This document shows positions 28,973-38,666 of a DNA stretch of 64,000 nt, piece after piece. The stretch covers positions 1,149,107 to 1,213,106 of the forward strand of contig CALNZV010000020.1 in NCBI GenBank assembly GCA_942491115.1, given 5' to 3'. Position 1 is the stretch's first letter. Each line of letters begins with the position of its first letter. The position numbers were made by a program, and so were the translations under genes. Below the pieces are notes generated by a model. It saw only the letters and a program-made list of their open reading frames with translations, was not told where the DNA came from and did not search any database. The DNA is from an uncultured Desulfobacteraceae bacterium (GTDB lineage Bacteria; Desulfobacterota; Desulfobacteria; Desulfobacterales; UBA5852).

Positions 28973-30391
28973 ATGCTCTTGCCTGATCGAGGACATCCCG
29001 GAATTGTGGTGGCAGCGCTCCGGGGCGGTTCCGGCAAGACCATCCTATCGATCGGCATCACCGCCTCGCTGACCCGGATGGGGCAGCGTATCGCTCCCTT
29101 CAAAAAGGGGCCCGACTACATCGATGCAGGCTGGCTCGCTCTGGCGGCGGGCCGCGCCTGCTATAACCTAGACACCTTCCTCATTGACTCCCCCAGCATC
29201 CTTCATTCCTATTTCAGCCACTCCAGCGGGTGCGATCTTGCTGTTATCGAGGGCAACCGCGGCCTCTATGACTGCATCGACACCCGGGGAGAAACCAGCA
29301 CCGCTGAGCTCTCCAAGCTATTGAAACTGCCTGTGGTTCTGGTGATCGACGGTACCAAGACCACCCGAACCATGGCGGCCGTGGTCAGCGGCTGCAGTAT
29401 TTTCGATCCCAGCGTCCGGATACGCGGCGTGGTGCTAAACCGGGTCGCCGGCAGTCGACACGAGGGCATACTGCGGAAAAGCATTGAGGAGCACTGCGGC
29501 ATTCCGGTGGTGGGGGCCATACCGAGATTTCATCACCAGCGGTTCCCGGAACGGCACATGGGGCTCGTACCGACAGCGGAGCATGAATGGGCGACGGAGG
29601 CCGTCGCCGTTGCCGCCCGCATAGCCGAGGATCACATCGATATCGACGCCATTCTCAATATGGCATCCGAGGTCGAGGCCATCGATGACCGGATCCTTGA
29701 TCTTGTGGATCCGGCACCTGTCGGTGTATCTCCTGAGAATCGACCGATGATCGGAGTGATTCAGGACTCGGCATTTCAATTCTATTATCCCGAAAACCTG
29801 GAAGCCCTTGAAAATGCCGGAGCGACGCTTGCCTTCATCAGCCCCCTGAATCGGGAAGGCTTTCCCGATTCTATCGACGCATTGTATATCGGTGGGGGAT
29901 TTCCTGAGACCCATGCCGCCGAGCTGGCTGCCAACCGTCCGTTTCGGGAACGGGTCAAGGCATTGGCGGAAGACGGGATGCCCATCTACGCCGAGTGCGG
30001 TGGACTCATGTATCTGGGAGAGCGGCTGGAACTCGAATCGGGGAGTTTTGAGATGGCCGGGATCCTTCCTTTGGTGTTCGGTTTTTCCAGTCGGCCCCAG
30101 GGCCACGGGTACACCCTGCTGAGGGTGGAGCGCCACAATCCCTTTTTTGCGTCAGGCACGGAACTCAAAGGCCATGAGTTCCACTACTCCAGTGTGCTTG
30201 AATTCAGGGGCCGGGAATCGGACTTTGCCTATACCATGACCCGGGGAACCGGGCTGTACAAGGGAAAAGACGGTTTATGTTATAAAAACGTTCTGGCCAC
30301 CTACACCCACCTCCACGCCCTGGGCACCCCCGGCTGGGCACCGGCCTTGACGGCCGCCGCCGTATCCTATCGGAAACAAAAAGGGCGATAA
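28973..30391 (+). CDS. dsrN: sirohaem a,c-diamide synthase (CbiA/CobB-type amidase)
   Basis: 472 aa. P-loop AALRGGSGKTILSIG. C-terminal glutamine amidotransferase block IYAECGGLMYL. Position directly after dsrD matches known dsrABDN loci. Confidence 0.8.
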   Translation: MLLPDRGHPGIVVAALRGGSGKTILSIGITASLTRMGQRIAPFKKGPDYIDAGWLALAAGRACYNLDTFLIDSPSILHSYFSHSSGCDLAVIEGNRGLYDCIDTRGETSTAELSKLLKLPVVLVIDGTKTTRTMAAVVSGCSIFDPSVRIRGVVLNRVAGSRHEGILRKSIEEHCGIPVVGAIPRFHHQRFPERHMGLVPTAEHEWATEAVAVAARIAEDHIDIDAILNMASEVEAIDDRILDLVDPAPVGVSPENRPMIGVIQDSAFQFYYPENLEALENAGATLAFISPLNREGFPDSIDALYIGGGFPETHAAELAANRPFRERVKALAEDGMPIYAECGGLMYLGERLELESGSFEMAGILPLVFGFSSRPQGHGYTLLRVERHNPFFASGTELKGHEFHYSSVLEFRGRESDFAYTMTRGTGLYKGKDGLCYKNVLATYTHLHALGTPGWAPALTAAAVSYRKQKGR

Positions 30392-30410
30392 GCCGGCTGT
30401 GTTGCCGGCT
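30391..30410. terminator. GC-rich hairpin between convergent dsrN and the cytochrome gene
   Basis: AGCCGGC tgtgtt GCCGGCT. No clear U-tract on either strand, so only a weak terminator candidate. Confidence 0.3.
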
Positions 30411-30440
30411 CTCGCCCGGGTATGGACGCCGATTTGGAAA

Positions 30441-30911
30441 CTATTTGGTCTTGGGGTGGCACTTGGTGCAGGTGGTCGGTGCCGCTTTGGTCTTGTTTTC
30501 TTTGTTAAAGGTTTTGTGGCAGGCGATGCAGTTCATGTGAATCGCCTCGGCATGGTATTCCAACTTTTTCTTGTTTTGCTCTTCTTTCGACAGGTCTTTA
30601 ATCGCTTTTTTCTCGTCTTTTCCCATCTGTCCGGGTTTTTTATGGCACTCGATGCAGGATTGGACGGGATCGCCCTCCTTGAGTTCCAGGGGCTTTCCGT
30701 TCTCGTCATGATGGCATTCGCCGCAGGTGGCACCGTAATCGACCGAATGCTTCTTGTGGGAGAATTCAACGATGCCTTTGGTGTGTTCGTAGGCGGGATT
30801 CTCCATCACAATGACATCCGCGACTTCACCTGAGGATGCCAGCAGTCCGGCCGAGAAACAAAAAATCGCGATAGCGGCGACGGCCAACAACAGAAATGGT
30901 TTCCCTTTCAT
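30441..30911 (-). CDS. tetrahaem cytochrome c (cytochrome c3 family)
   Basis: GGGAGG RBS before the ATG at 30911. Signal peptide KPFLLLAVAAIAIFCFSAGLLA. Four CxxCH sites (CGECHH, CIECHK, CIACHK, CTKCHP). Confidence 0.85.
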   Translation of the reverse strand: MKGKPFLLLAVAAIAIFCFSAGLLASSGEVADVIVMENPAYEHTKGIVEFSHKKHSVDYGATCGECHHDENGKPLELKEGDPVQSCIECHKKPGQMGKDEKKAIKDLSKEEQNKKKLEYHAEAIHMNCIACHKTFNKENKTKAAPTTCTKCHPKTK

Positions 30912-30976
30912 AAGACCCTTATACCTCCCTTTCCGTTTGATGTTTTCCCATCTGTTATGGGACAAACCGAGGAAAA

Positions 30977-31005
30977 ACGCTATCAAATCCTCCGATCACT
31001 GTCAA
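30977..31005 (-). promoter_or_regulatory. candidate promoter of the cytochrome c3 gene
   Basis: On the - strand: TTGACA (31005-31000), 17-nt spacer, TAGCGT (30982-30977). Confidence 0.35.
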
Positions 31006-31143
31006 TGCAAAGACGTCCGCTGATCATGGGATGTCGATATTCTGAGCGGGTGTCTGAGGGAAGGTTTCAATGGGTCGGACGAGTGGCCTCCTCCTTTTGT
31101 CGACACCCCTGTTCAACAATGTGTCGATTCCGGTGTTGGGCCA

Positions 31144-32868
31144 TCAGGGGGGAAGCTCGGTGTTCATCAACGCCACAGCCGTCTGGTGGCCGATTTCCAG
31201 GGCATCGAATTGGTCCACCAGGGGCGCCAGCCGTTCCGCCTCCTGCTGGACATAGTCATAAAGGGGAAGAAACCCGCGATCGATATCGTCGTATAGCAAA
31301 TGAAGCTTGGCCGACAGCCGCTCGTCGAGTTCCTGCTCGAAGGCCTCGCCTCCTCGGTCGAGGCCCCGTTCGAACTGCTGGATAATTTTTTTCTTTCGGA
31401 CAAACAGGACACCCCCGGCCAGGAAAAGACCGGCGCCGGTTAGCAACCCCCCGGTAATATCGAAGAATATGGAGTGGGTGACGGCAAGAATCACGGCCCC
31501 GACAGCGGTGAGAATGCCCCCCCCCATCAGCGTCGGCGCGATGGATTCGGGGTCATGCTCAAGGGTTTTTATCAAGGTGTCCTTTCCGTCAAACTCGCTG
31601 ATTCGCTCCCTAACCGTCTGGATGACTTCCAGGCGCCGCTGGCTGATTCTGGAAAAGAGGTCGTCGTCGGTATGGGTGGGGCTGACTTCTTTGGTCAGGT
31701 TGGTGCGAAGGCTCTGGAGCATTTGTCTGACACCGTCGGCGAAATGTTCCGCGCCCTCTTCGGTAATCCGGTTGAAGTCGTCCTTCAGGCGAATCTCCAG
31801 AGAATGCTGCAGTTCAGAGAGCCACGATTGGATGGACCGTTTCCGGTCGAAGATGGACCGAAAGGACATCTGAAATATACTGCCCACGGACAACCCTTCA
31901 CGGAGTTCGACTTTGATATCGCCAGCGGTTTTACGGTAGCGCTCTGACAATCGTTTGATCAGGCTCTGGAGTTCGTAGGCGGATTGCTGATGGCTGGCGG
32001 ATAATCGCTTTTTGATGCCGGATACTATTTCTATATCGCCTTGCAGGGCTTCCCGGCGGTCTTTCATTGATTGACCGACCTGTGCCAGCACCTGGCTTGT
32101 GGCGTCGAGAATGGATTCGAGTTTCAATCGATACTGGCGACCACCGGTAACCGTGCTGCGGATGTAGGCGCGGACGGCCTCGAATCCGCTTCCGGGGCTA
32201 CCGTTGAAAGCCTTTTCTGCAGAGGTGACGAAGATCTCGGGGTCAGGGATTCGCTTCTCACGGGCAAGGTCCCGAACCTTTTCCGCATTGGTTGTTAATT
32301 CGTCTTCTCGGGCAAGATCCGCCTGCTGGAGAACGATGATAATTTTACGCCGCCATTCCTCCTGGATGAAATCGATTAGATCCCAGGCGGTCTGGGTATA
32401 AGGATTCTTGGCCGGAAATACCAGAATCACCAGATCGCTGTTGGGAACGAAATTCCGGGTAATCTCCTGGTGGTTCTCGATGACGGTGTTGGTTCCGGGT
32501 GTATCGACGATGGCGACGGATTTTAAAATGGGCAGTGGCCGGCCGATTCGTTTTAAAAAGGGGCCTGCCGATTCCTCGAAGGGAGATTCTGCGTAAACGA
32601 TTTGTTGAATGATATCCGTGCACGGGGCAGCGTCCACGGCACAGACATCTTCTCCAAGAAGGGCATTGATAAAACTACTTTTGCCGGATTTGACTTCCCC
32701 GACCACGACGAAGAGAAAGGGGGCATGAAGACTGGTCCGAAGCTGTTGGACGATGGCGGATTGGACGTCGACATCGAGGGTCATCAGAAACGTGTGAAAG
32801 GTGCTTAGGTAGCCGTCGACATGGGCTTGAAGCGTTGAGAAGGTATCGCCTAGAATGTCATGGGCCAA
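31144..32868 (-). CDS. dynamin-family (bacterial dynamin-like) GTPase
   Basis: 574 aa. TTG start 6 nt after GGAGGA. G1 GEVKSGKSSFINALLG and G3 DTPG. Long helical stalk region. C-terminal pair of hydrophobic segments GGGILTAVGAVILAV...GGLLTGAGLFLAGGVLFV. Confidence 0.75.
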   Translation of the reverse strand: MAHDILGDTFSTLQAHVDGYLSTFHTFLMTLDVDVQSAIVQQLRTSLHAPFLFVVVGEVKSGKSSFINALLGEDVCAVDAAPCTDIIQQIVYAESPFEESAGPFLKRIGRPLPILKSVAIVDTPGTNTVIENHQEITRNFVPNSDLVILVFPAKNPYTQTAWDLIDFIQEEWRRKIIIVLQQADLAREDELTTNAEKVRDLAREKRIPDPEIFVTSAEKAFNGSPGSGFEAVRAYIRSTVTGGRQYRLKLESILDATSQVLAQVGQSMKDRREALQGDIEIVSGIKKRLSASHQQSAYELQSLIKRLSERYRKTAGDIKVELREGLSVGSIFQMSFRSIFDRKRSIQSWLSELQHSLEIRLKDDFNRITEEGAEHFADGVRQMLQSLRTNLTKEVSPTHTDDDLFSRISQRRLEVIQTVRERISEFDGKDTLIKTLEHDPESIAPTLMGGGILTAVGAVILAVTHSIFFDITGGLLTGAGLFLAGGVLFVRKKKIIQQFERGLDRGGEAFEQELDERLSAKLHLLYDDIDRGFLPLYDYVQQEAERLAPLVDQFDALEIGHQTAVALMNTELPP

Positions 32869-33128
32869 GAAGCGTCCTCCGTGGCAACGGGTAAGGGATT
32901 AATGGCTGATCATTAGGACATTCCCCATAAAAAGGCAAAAGAAAAGATATGGCGAATACCGGCGCCTTTCAGGGTGGGTGTCGGGCACTCCCCAAAGGAG
33001 TGTCGAAGAAAACGTCGGTGTATGGGTTCGATTGGGAAAGACGGAGTCGGCGTCGTTTCCGGGGAAGAGCCACATACCGGAAGAGTGCTTGGAGAGGGGT
33101 GCGGCGGCGTTGGTTACCCCGCCCGGGT

Positions 33129-33890
33129 TCATCCCTGATCGGTCTCTTCCGTTTTATCCGCTTCTGAGTCCGGTGATCGGGTGAAGATCCTGGCGCCAAT
33201 GATGCTGATTTCATAGAGCACCATCAGGGGCAGCGCCATCATGACCTGGGTCACCACATCCGGCGGTGTGATGATCGCGGCCCCGGCGAAGAATAGCAGT
33301 ATAGCGTATTTGCGGTTTTTCTTTAGAAAATCGACACTGACAATACCCAGTCTTGCCATAAAGGTGAGCACGAGGGGCAATTCGAATACCACCCCGAAGG
33401 CCAATAGCAACTTCGCGGAGAAGGAGAGGTATTCTTTCATTGACGGCATCGGCCGAATGGTGTCGGTGGCAAACCCAAGAAAGAATTGAAATCCCAGTGG
33501 GAAAACGAGGAAATAACCAAACAGTGCCCCCCCAACGAAAAAGAACGTCGATAGAAAGACGATGGGCAGCATGATCTTCTTTTCTTTTTCATAGAGGCCC
33601 GGAGCCACGAACATCCAAAACTGGTAGAGCAGAACGGGAGATGCCAGCATGATGCCAGCCAGAAAAGCCACTTTGAGATAGGTAAAAAAGGCTTCCGGAA
33701 GACCGGTGAAGATGAGGGTGTCGCCCTCCCCCATCACTTGGGTCAGCGGGCGGACCAGGATCTGAAACAAGTGCTCTTTAAACCCGTAGGATGCGGCAAA
33801 TCCCACCCCAACAGCAATGAAACAGACGATGAGCCGTTTCCTGAGTTCTTCGAGATGAGCGGGAAACGGAATCTTGTCATCCTCATGCAT
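33129..33890 (-). CDS. tatC: twin-arginine translocase subunit TatC
   Basis: From the ATG at 33890: MHEDDKIPFPAHLEELRKRLIVCFIAVGVGF aligns with the TatC N-terminus. 6 TM segments. 8-nt overlap with the tatA stop. Confidence 0.85.
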   Translation of the reverse strand: MHEDDKIPFPAHLEELRKRLIVCFIAVGVGFAASYGFKEHLFQILVRPLTQVMGEGDTLIFTGLPEAFFTYLKVAFLAGIMLASPVLLYQFWMFVAPGLYEKEKKIMLPIVFLSTFFFVGGALFGYFLVFPLGFQFFLGFATDTIRPMPSMKEYLSFSAKLLLAFGVVFELPLVLTFMARLGIVSVDFLKKNRKYAILLFFAGAAIITPPDVVTQVMMALPLMVLYEISIIGARIFTRSPDSEADKTEETDQG

Positions 33891-34230
33891 CGGGACGATC
33901 TCCTGGAGGGTCTTGGGATGACGCGGCGGCATCGTCTTCCTTGCCATCCGCCTTTGGGCCGGCAGCACTGGGCTTGGGGTCGGTGGATGAGTCCACCGGA
34001 TTGAGGGTCACGACATCCCTGACATCGGTTTTCAGTTCGTCGAATGACTGGCGGACATCTTTGAAATCCTCGTTGACATCAAATGATTCTTTGATTTCCC
34101 TGGTCGCCTTGCGGAATTCATTCATGGCTCTGCCCAAGGATTTGGCGAGATCCGGCAGTTTTTTGGGGCCGATGACCACCAGGGCAATGGCGAGGATCAG
34201 GATGAGTTCCGGCATGCCGATTCCGAACAT
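33883..34230 (-). CDS. tatA: twin-arginine translocase TatA/TatB-family protein
   Basis: TAAGGAG RBS before the ATG at 34230. MFGIGMPELILILAIALVVIGPKKLPDLAKSLGRAMNEFRKA is the TatA/B signature. 115 aa. Confidence 0.85.
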   Translation of the reverse strand: MFGIGMPELILILAIALVVIGPKKLPDLAKSLGRAMNEFRKATREIKESFDVNEDFKDVRQSFDELKTDVRDVVTLNPVDSSTDPKPSAAGPKADGKEDDAAASSQDPPGDRPDA

Positions 34231-34459
34231 CTCAGCGCTCCTTAACGATGATACGGTGACGGGCGGGCTATGCGTCGCCCCAAAGCCTCGGGACTCTTCA
34301 GGGCGGCCATCTGTTGGGCGATTTCCGTGAAGATCCAACAGCGGCCGGGTAAGTGGAAGTCGGAATTAGTACTGTGTTTCCCGGTTGCCGTCAAGCCCGT
34401 CTCACGGTGAATCACCGCCCCGAATGGCGCTCGGGGGCCACCGGGTCGAGGGGTGCCAT

Positions 34460-35698
34460 TCAGGTGTCGCCTCCATCCCTTTTCGATACCAGGAAATAAA
34501 GGCCACCTGGATGCTTCATATGGCCGGCAGCCGTTTTGGCATAGGGGCCGGCTCCCCAGAACAGGTCCACCCGGCCTGCCCCCCGAATGGCGCCCCCGGT
34601 ATCCTGATTGAGCACAAACCGTTGCAGCGGGGACCAGCCGCCGATCTGACCTTCGTCATGAACCAGGGGTTTTTCCGTGTGGATATAAGCCAGCGCTCCT
34701 GGGGGGAAAAGGCGGCTGTCAGTGGCGATGCTGCGACCGGCAGTGAGTTCGACGCCGATGTAGCCAAGGGGTTCCCCGGTGCCTCTTCGGAAGAAGACAA
34801 AACTCGGATCGTCATTGAGCATTCGTGAAATGTCCTCCGGGTGGTCTCTGAAATATTCTCTGATCCGCTGCAAGGACATTTCTTCCTTGCTGACCTTTCC
34901 TTCTTCGATGAGGCGTCGACCGACCAAATGGGAGGCGCGGTCGTTCTTTCCGGCATACTGAAGGCGCACCGTCTGACCTTCCGGGGTATGGATCATGCCG
35001 GACCCCTGTACCTGAAGAATGTAAAGATCGACGGGATCCGTCAACCAAGCAATGATCGGTGCCTTGCCCGAAAGCGCGTCCCTTTCCACAATGTCTTTGC
35101 GGGTATAATAGGGGACAAGGGTGTTGCCTTCCAAGCGACCGCGGATCCGTTGCCCGGAAAACTGGGTTGAAAACAAGGAGAGATCGACGTTGATGAGATC
35201 TTCGGGCAGTCCGTAAACAGGAACACCATACCCGGGCCGCGGGTGCAGACTGCCATTGTACTGGGGTTCGAAATACCCCGTGAAGAGAACATCCCCTCCG
35301 GGAGACCGCCCCGGCGAGCGGTAGACGAGGTAGTGGTCTTGAACGAATCGGTTGAGTTCATCCCGGTCCGGTTGGGTTCGGATGAAGGACCGGAATCGTT
35401 CGAGGGACAGGGCCAGATGTCGGGCGCTGTAATTGTCGGATCCGAAGGCGATCATCCGGTCCTGGGGAATCTTGGAATAATACAGGAGGCTCTGCTGGAT
35501 ACTGCGCTCGAGTTCGTCAAAATCCATGTCGTCAGAAAAATCCGGGAAATCGGCATCGCGAACCAGGTACAGGGGCTCTGTGGGTGGGGCGGAAGGGGTG
35601 ACCGGGGCTTTCTGGGTGCATCCTATCAGTCCGGCGGTCGCGACAATAAGCCCCATGAGAAAGAGTCGTCGGTTAATGACGTCAAGAAACGGCTTCAT
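34460..35698 (-). CDS. mltA: membrane-bound lytic murein transglycosylase A
   Basis: From the ATG at 35698: lipoprotein-like leader LFLMGLIVATAGLIGC. 3D-domain motif DTGGAIRGAGRVDLFWG. Confidence 0.8.
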   Translation of the reverse strand: MKPFLDVINRRLFLMGLIVATAGLIGCTQKAPVTPSAPPTEPLYLVRDADFPDFSDDMDFDELERSIQQSLLYYSKIPQDRMIAFGSDNYSARHLALSLERFRSFIRTQPDRDELNRFVQDHYLVYRSPGRSPGGDVLFTGYFEPQYNGSLHPRPGYGVPVYGLPEDLINVDLSLFSTQFSGQRIRGRLEGNTLVPYYTRKDIVERDALSGKAPIIAWLTDPVDLYILQVQGSGMIHTPEGQTVRLQYAGKNDRASHLVGRRLIEEGKVSKEEMSLQRIREYFRDHPEDISRMLNDDPSFVFFRRGTGEPLGYIGVELTAGRSIATDSRLFPPGALAYIHTEKPLVHDEGQIGGWSPLQRFVLNQDTGGAIRGAGRVDLFWGAGPYAKTAAGHMKHPGGLYFLVSKRDGGDT

Positions 35699-37127
35699 CG
35701 GTGTCCTCACCTCTTGGAACGATGGGTAGGGCCGGCAGGGACTCGACGGCCGGCAGGTCCTGGTTGTCGTTTCCTTTGAGGCCGAACGCCTCGAGTTTGC
35801 GGGCAGCAGTGAGGACCCTGCGCTCGAAGGATCCCACGGTTCGGTTGTAGGCGGAAACGGTCTGTCCGATTTCCTTCCCGAGGGCATGGAAATGGCCAGT
35901 GATCACCCGCAGGCGGACATAGAGCTCCTGGCCAAGTTCCCAAATAAGACGGGCATTTTCGGTGGCCTTCTCCTGGCGCCATCCGAAAGCGACGGCTTTC
36001 AGCAAGGAAATCAGGGTTGTCGGTGTGGCCAAGATCACGTTTCGCTTCGCAGCCTCTTCGATCAGGAGTGGGTTCTGGCCGAGGGCTGCGGAGAAAAAAT
36101 GCTCTCCGGGAATAAAAAGCACCACGAATTCGGGTGTGGGTTGGAATTGGGACCAATAGGCTTTTCTCGACAGCTGTTGAACATGAGAGAAGACGTGGGC
36201 GGCGTGCTGCCGAAGGCAGTGTTCCCGGTGAGCGTCGGTTTCGGCCTCCAGGGCGTCCAGGTAGGCGCTGAGGGGAACCTTTGCGTCAACCACGACCTGG
36301 CGGGCCCCGGGCAGGTGAACGACCAGATCAGGCCGAATTCGGCCGTCGGCACCATCCACGGACGGCTGTTCGATAAAGTCGCAGTGGGACTGCATGCCGG
36401 AGAGCTCCGCTACCCGCTTCAGGGTGAGTTCGCCCCATCGCCCCCTCACCTGGGGGGTTCTGAGGGCGGTTGCCAGGCGGCCGGTCTCTTTTTGCAGGAG
36501 TTCCTGGGTGCGGACGAGGGTTTTCATCTGCTGGGAGATGCTGCCGTAAGCCGCCTCCCGCACCCGCTCCATTTCCTTTATCTGGTTGTCGTAGCGGTCC
36601 AGGCTTTCCTTCAGAGGCTGGATCATCTGGCCGACGGTATGGCCCCGGGCATCCAGATCGGCTTTGGCATTTTCCACGACGGGTGCTAAGACGCGTTGGG
36701 CGAGATCCATAAAGGCGGCGTTATTGTCCTTCAACGCGGCTGCAGAGAGGGCTTGATATGTATCCCGCAGACGGCTGTGGGCGTCTTCGAGCCAAGCAAT
36801 CCGTTCCCGGGATTCCATCCGATCCTGCCGGATAATGGTTTCGAGTTTGGCCGAGCGCCGAGACAGCTCCCGAAGATGGTCTTCACGGTCCTGCAAGGCG
36901 TTCTCCAGTTCGGCCAAGCGCTCAAGCCTCACCGAGTCCTCTCCACGGGCTCGGGTCAATTCCAAGATGGTGTCTCGGGCGCTGTCAATGGCATCGGATT
37001 CTGCGATGAGCGCTCGACGGTGTCGTCGTCCAAGTACGATCCAGGTCACTAGGCCGGCCATCGAAGCGCCGATCAAAAGGCCGGCGATGGCCCAAATGAG
37101 GTGTTCGGTCGTTGGGAGCGAAATCAT
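35682..37127 (-). CDS. rmuC: DNA recombination protein RmuC
   Basis: 481 aa. N-terminal TM segment, long coiled coil, and a C-terminal RmuC nuclease-like block PDLVVHLPGARQVVVDAKVPLSAY. Confidence 0.85.
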   Translation of the reverse strand: MISLPTTEHLIWAIAGLLIGASMAGLVTWIVLGRRHRRALIAESDAIDSARDTILELTRARGEDSVRLERLAELENALQDREDHLRELSRRSAKLETIIRQDRMESRERIAWLEDAHSRLRDTYQALSAAALKDNNAAFMDLAQRVLAPVVENAKADLDARGHTVGQMIQPLKESLDRYDNQIKEMERVREAAYGSISQQMKTLVRTQELLQKETGRLATALRTPQVRGRWGELTLKRVAELSGMQSHCDFIEQPSVDGADGRIRPDLVVHLPGARQVVVDAKVPLSAYLDALEAETDAHREHCLRQHAAHVFSHVQQLSRKAYWSQFQPTPEFVVLFIPGEHFFSAALGQNPLLIEEAAKRNVILATPTTLISLLKAVAFGWRQEKATENARLIWELGQELYVRLRVITGHFHALGKEIGQTVSAYNRTVGSFERRVLTAARKLEAFGLKGNDNQDLPAVESLPALPIVPRGEDTDEAVS

Positions 37128-37156
37128 GGAATGGCTTCTATGGTCGGGGCTCTGTT

Positions 37157-37636
37157 TCAGGGGGTTTTCTTGTATGCACCGCTTTTCCCACCGGTCTTTT
37201 CGAGCAGGCAGACATCGGTGACCGCCATCTCACGGTCGTGGGACTTGCACATGTCGTAGACGGTTAACCCGGCAACGGCTGCCGCGGTGAGGGCTTCCAT
37301 TTCCACACCGGTTTTATCCGTGGCCCGAACCAAGGCTTGGATCTGAATGGTGTGGGTTTCAGGGTCCGGAAAGAAATCGACCTGAATGTGACGGATGTGA
37401 ATCGGATGACACATGGGGATCAGCTCATGGGTGCGCTTGGCAGCCATGACGCCGGCGATTCGAGCGGTTTCCAACACGTTGCCCTTTTTGATCCGGTTGT
37501 CGGCGATTCGCTCAAAGGTGTCCGCCGTCATGGAAATCCGCGCTTGAGCCAGAGCCAGCCGGTCTGTGGTGGGCTTTTCAGCCACATCCACCATACGGAC
37601 ATAGCCCTTGTCGTCGATGTGGGTAAATGAGGTCAC
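37157..37636 (-). CDS. moaC: cyclic pyranopterin monophosphate synthase
   Basis: 159 aa. THIDDKGYVRMVDVAEKPTTDR...MCHP...ALTVYDMCK are conserved MoaC blocks. Confidence 0.9.
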   Translation of the reverse strand: MTSFTHIDDKGYVRMVDVAEKPTTDRLALAQARISMTADTFERIADNRIKKGNVLETARIAGVMAAKRTHELIPMCHPIHIRHIQVDFFPDPETHTIQIQALVRATDKTGVEMEALTAAAVAGLTVYDMCKSHDREMAVTDVCLLEKTGGKSGAYKKTP

Positions 37637-38031
37637 GAAGATGCCTCCATTCTGTCTGCCCCTGAAGCCGATGTGGCAAAAAATTCTGTTTTTTGGGTAA
37701 CGGTGGCTTTGACGGCGTTTAGGGTCTCCTCCAGGGCTCGGATGACATTTTCCCGGAAATCGCCTGCCACCGCGAGAACCATGACGGTATCACCCACCGC
37801 AAGGTCCCGGTTTTCGTTGATGTGGATCTGAATATCCAGAATTCCCGGCTGCCCTCGCTTTGCCGAGAGGACCTCCTGGAGTCGCTCATGATCCACGGCA
37901 ACCGTCAGGCCGCTGACGGGTCTGCCGTCTCTGGAGGTGGATCGAACGACACCCAGGTGGCAGAGAACCATACCGGCGTTGTGGAACTCAGGGTGTGATC
38001 GAATGCGTTTAATGATATCAGCGGGTTCCAT
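37633..38031 (-). CDS. MoaE-like molybdopterin synthase catalytic subunit family protein
   Basis: GGGAGGAAGA RBS before the ATG at 38031. 132 aa. GMVLCHLGVVR and VMVLAVAGDFRENVIRALEETLNAVKATVTQKTEFF parallel the MoaE blocks GAVVTFTGKVR and VGVTSAHR...YLKTRAPFWKRE. 4-nt overlap with moaC. Confidence 0.6.
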   Translation of the reverse strand: MEPADIIKRIRSHPEFHNAGMVLCHLGVVRSTSRDGRPVSGLTVAVDHERLQEVLSAKRGQPGILDIQIHINENRDLAVGDTVMVLAVAGDFRENVIRALEETLNAVKATVTQKTEFFATSASGADRMEASS

Positions 38032-38048
38032 TCTTCCTCCCGAAAGGG

Positions 38049-38666
38049 TTAGATCCGGGATGGGATGCCTGCGTCGGCAGTTATTCGCCGTTCGGCATCG
38101 GCCAGATCCTCGGGTGTGTTGATATTCAAGAAGGAGGACAGTTGCGGGTCGAGGCCCTGGATATCCTCCGACGAAAGGCGGGAGACCCGAACTTTCGGAA
38201 AAAACCGGCGAATGCGAAAGTCGTCCGTCTTCATCTGGTCCTCGATGGGCGCCAGACATCGCTTGGAATAGACGGCGCATAGGGGCTGAATCCCATCCGG
38301 AGTTTCCGGCACCAGAACGTCGGTTGATGCCGTCATACGGTCAACCAGGGTTCGGATGATTGCAGGCTTCAAGAATGGCAGATCACAGGCGGTCACCAGG
38401 ACATGGGATGTCATGGTGTAGAACAGGGCGGTGTGAATACCAGTCAGGGAACTCCGTTTGCCAATGACGTCCGATGCGATCCGCAGGTCCCAGGAGAAAT
38501 AGGCCATGGGGCGGTTGGTAATCAGAAGGATATCGTCAACCTGTCCGTCAAAGGCCTCGAGCAATCGGTCGAGGATGCATTTGCCTTTCACCGTCAACAG
38601 CAGTTTATCCCGCCCGCCGAAACGGGTATTGAGCCCTCCGGCAAGAATGGCCCCTGTGATTCCCAA
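38049..38666 (-). CDS. mobA: molybdenum cofactor guanylyltransferase
   Basis: 205 aa. N-terminal GAILAGGLNTRFGGRDK nucleotide-binding motif. Confidence 0.85.
   Translation of the reverse strand: MGITGAILAGGLNTRFGGRDKLLLTVKGKCILDRLLEAFDGQVDDILLITNRPMAYFSWDLRIASDVIGKRSSLTGIHTALFYTMTSHVLVTACDLPFLKPAIIRTLVDRMTASTDVLVPETPDGIQPLCAVYSKRCLAPIEDQMKTDDFRIRRFFPKVRVSRLSSEDIQGLDPQLSSFLNINTPEDLADAERRITADAGIPSRI

Noticed and set aside
30399-30833. 144-aa + strand ORF with hydrophobic stretches
   Set aside because: Antisense to the tetrahaem cytochrome gene, which has four clear CxxCH sites and a good RBS and signal peptide.
31098-31127. GTCGACAC...GTGTCGAt palindrome downstream of the dynamin-like gene
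   Set aside because: The hairpin is followed by an A-run rather than a U-run on the relevant (-) strand. It is not a convincing terminator and has no other recognisable role.
34460-35887. Long 5' extensions of ORF-track entries (mltA 35887, tatA 34338, moaE-like 38280, dsrB 27356, dsrD 28494, cytochrome 30986, envC-like 56971, ftsX 57807)
   Set aside because: The extensions are Pro/Arg/Ser-rich and overlap upstream genes. Internal ATGs with good RBS and homologous N-termini or signal peptides give the biologically sensible starts used in the feature list.
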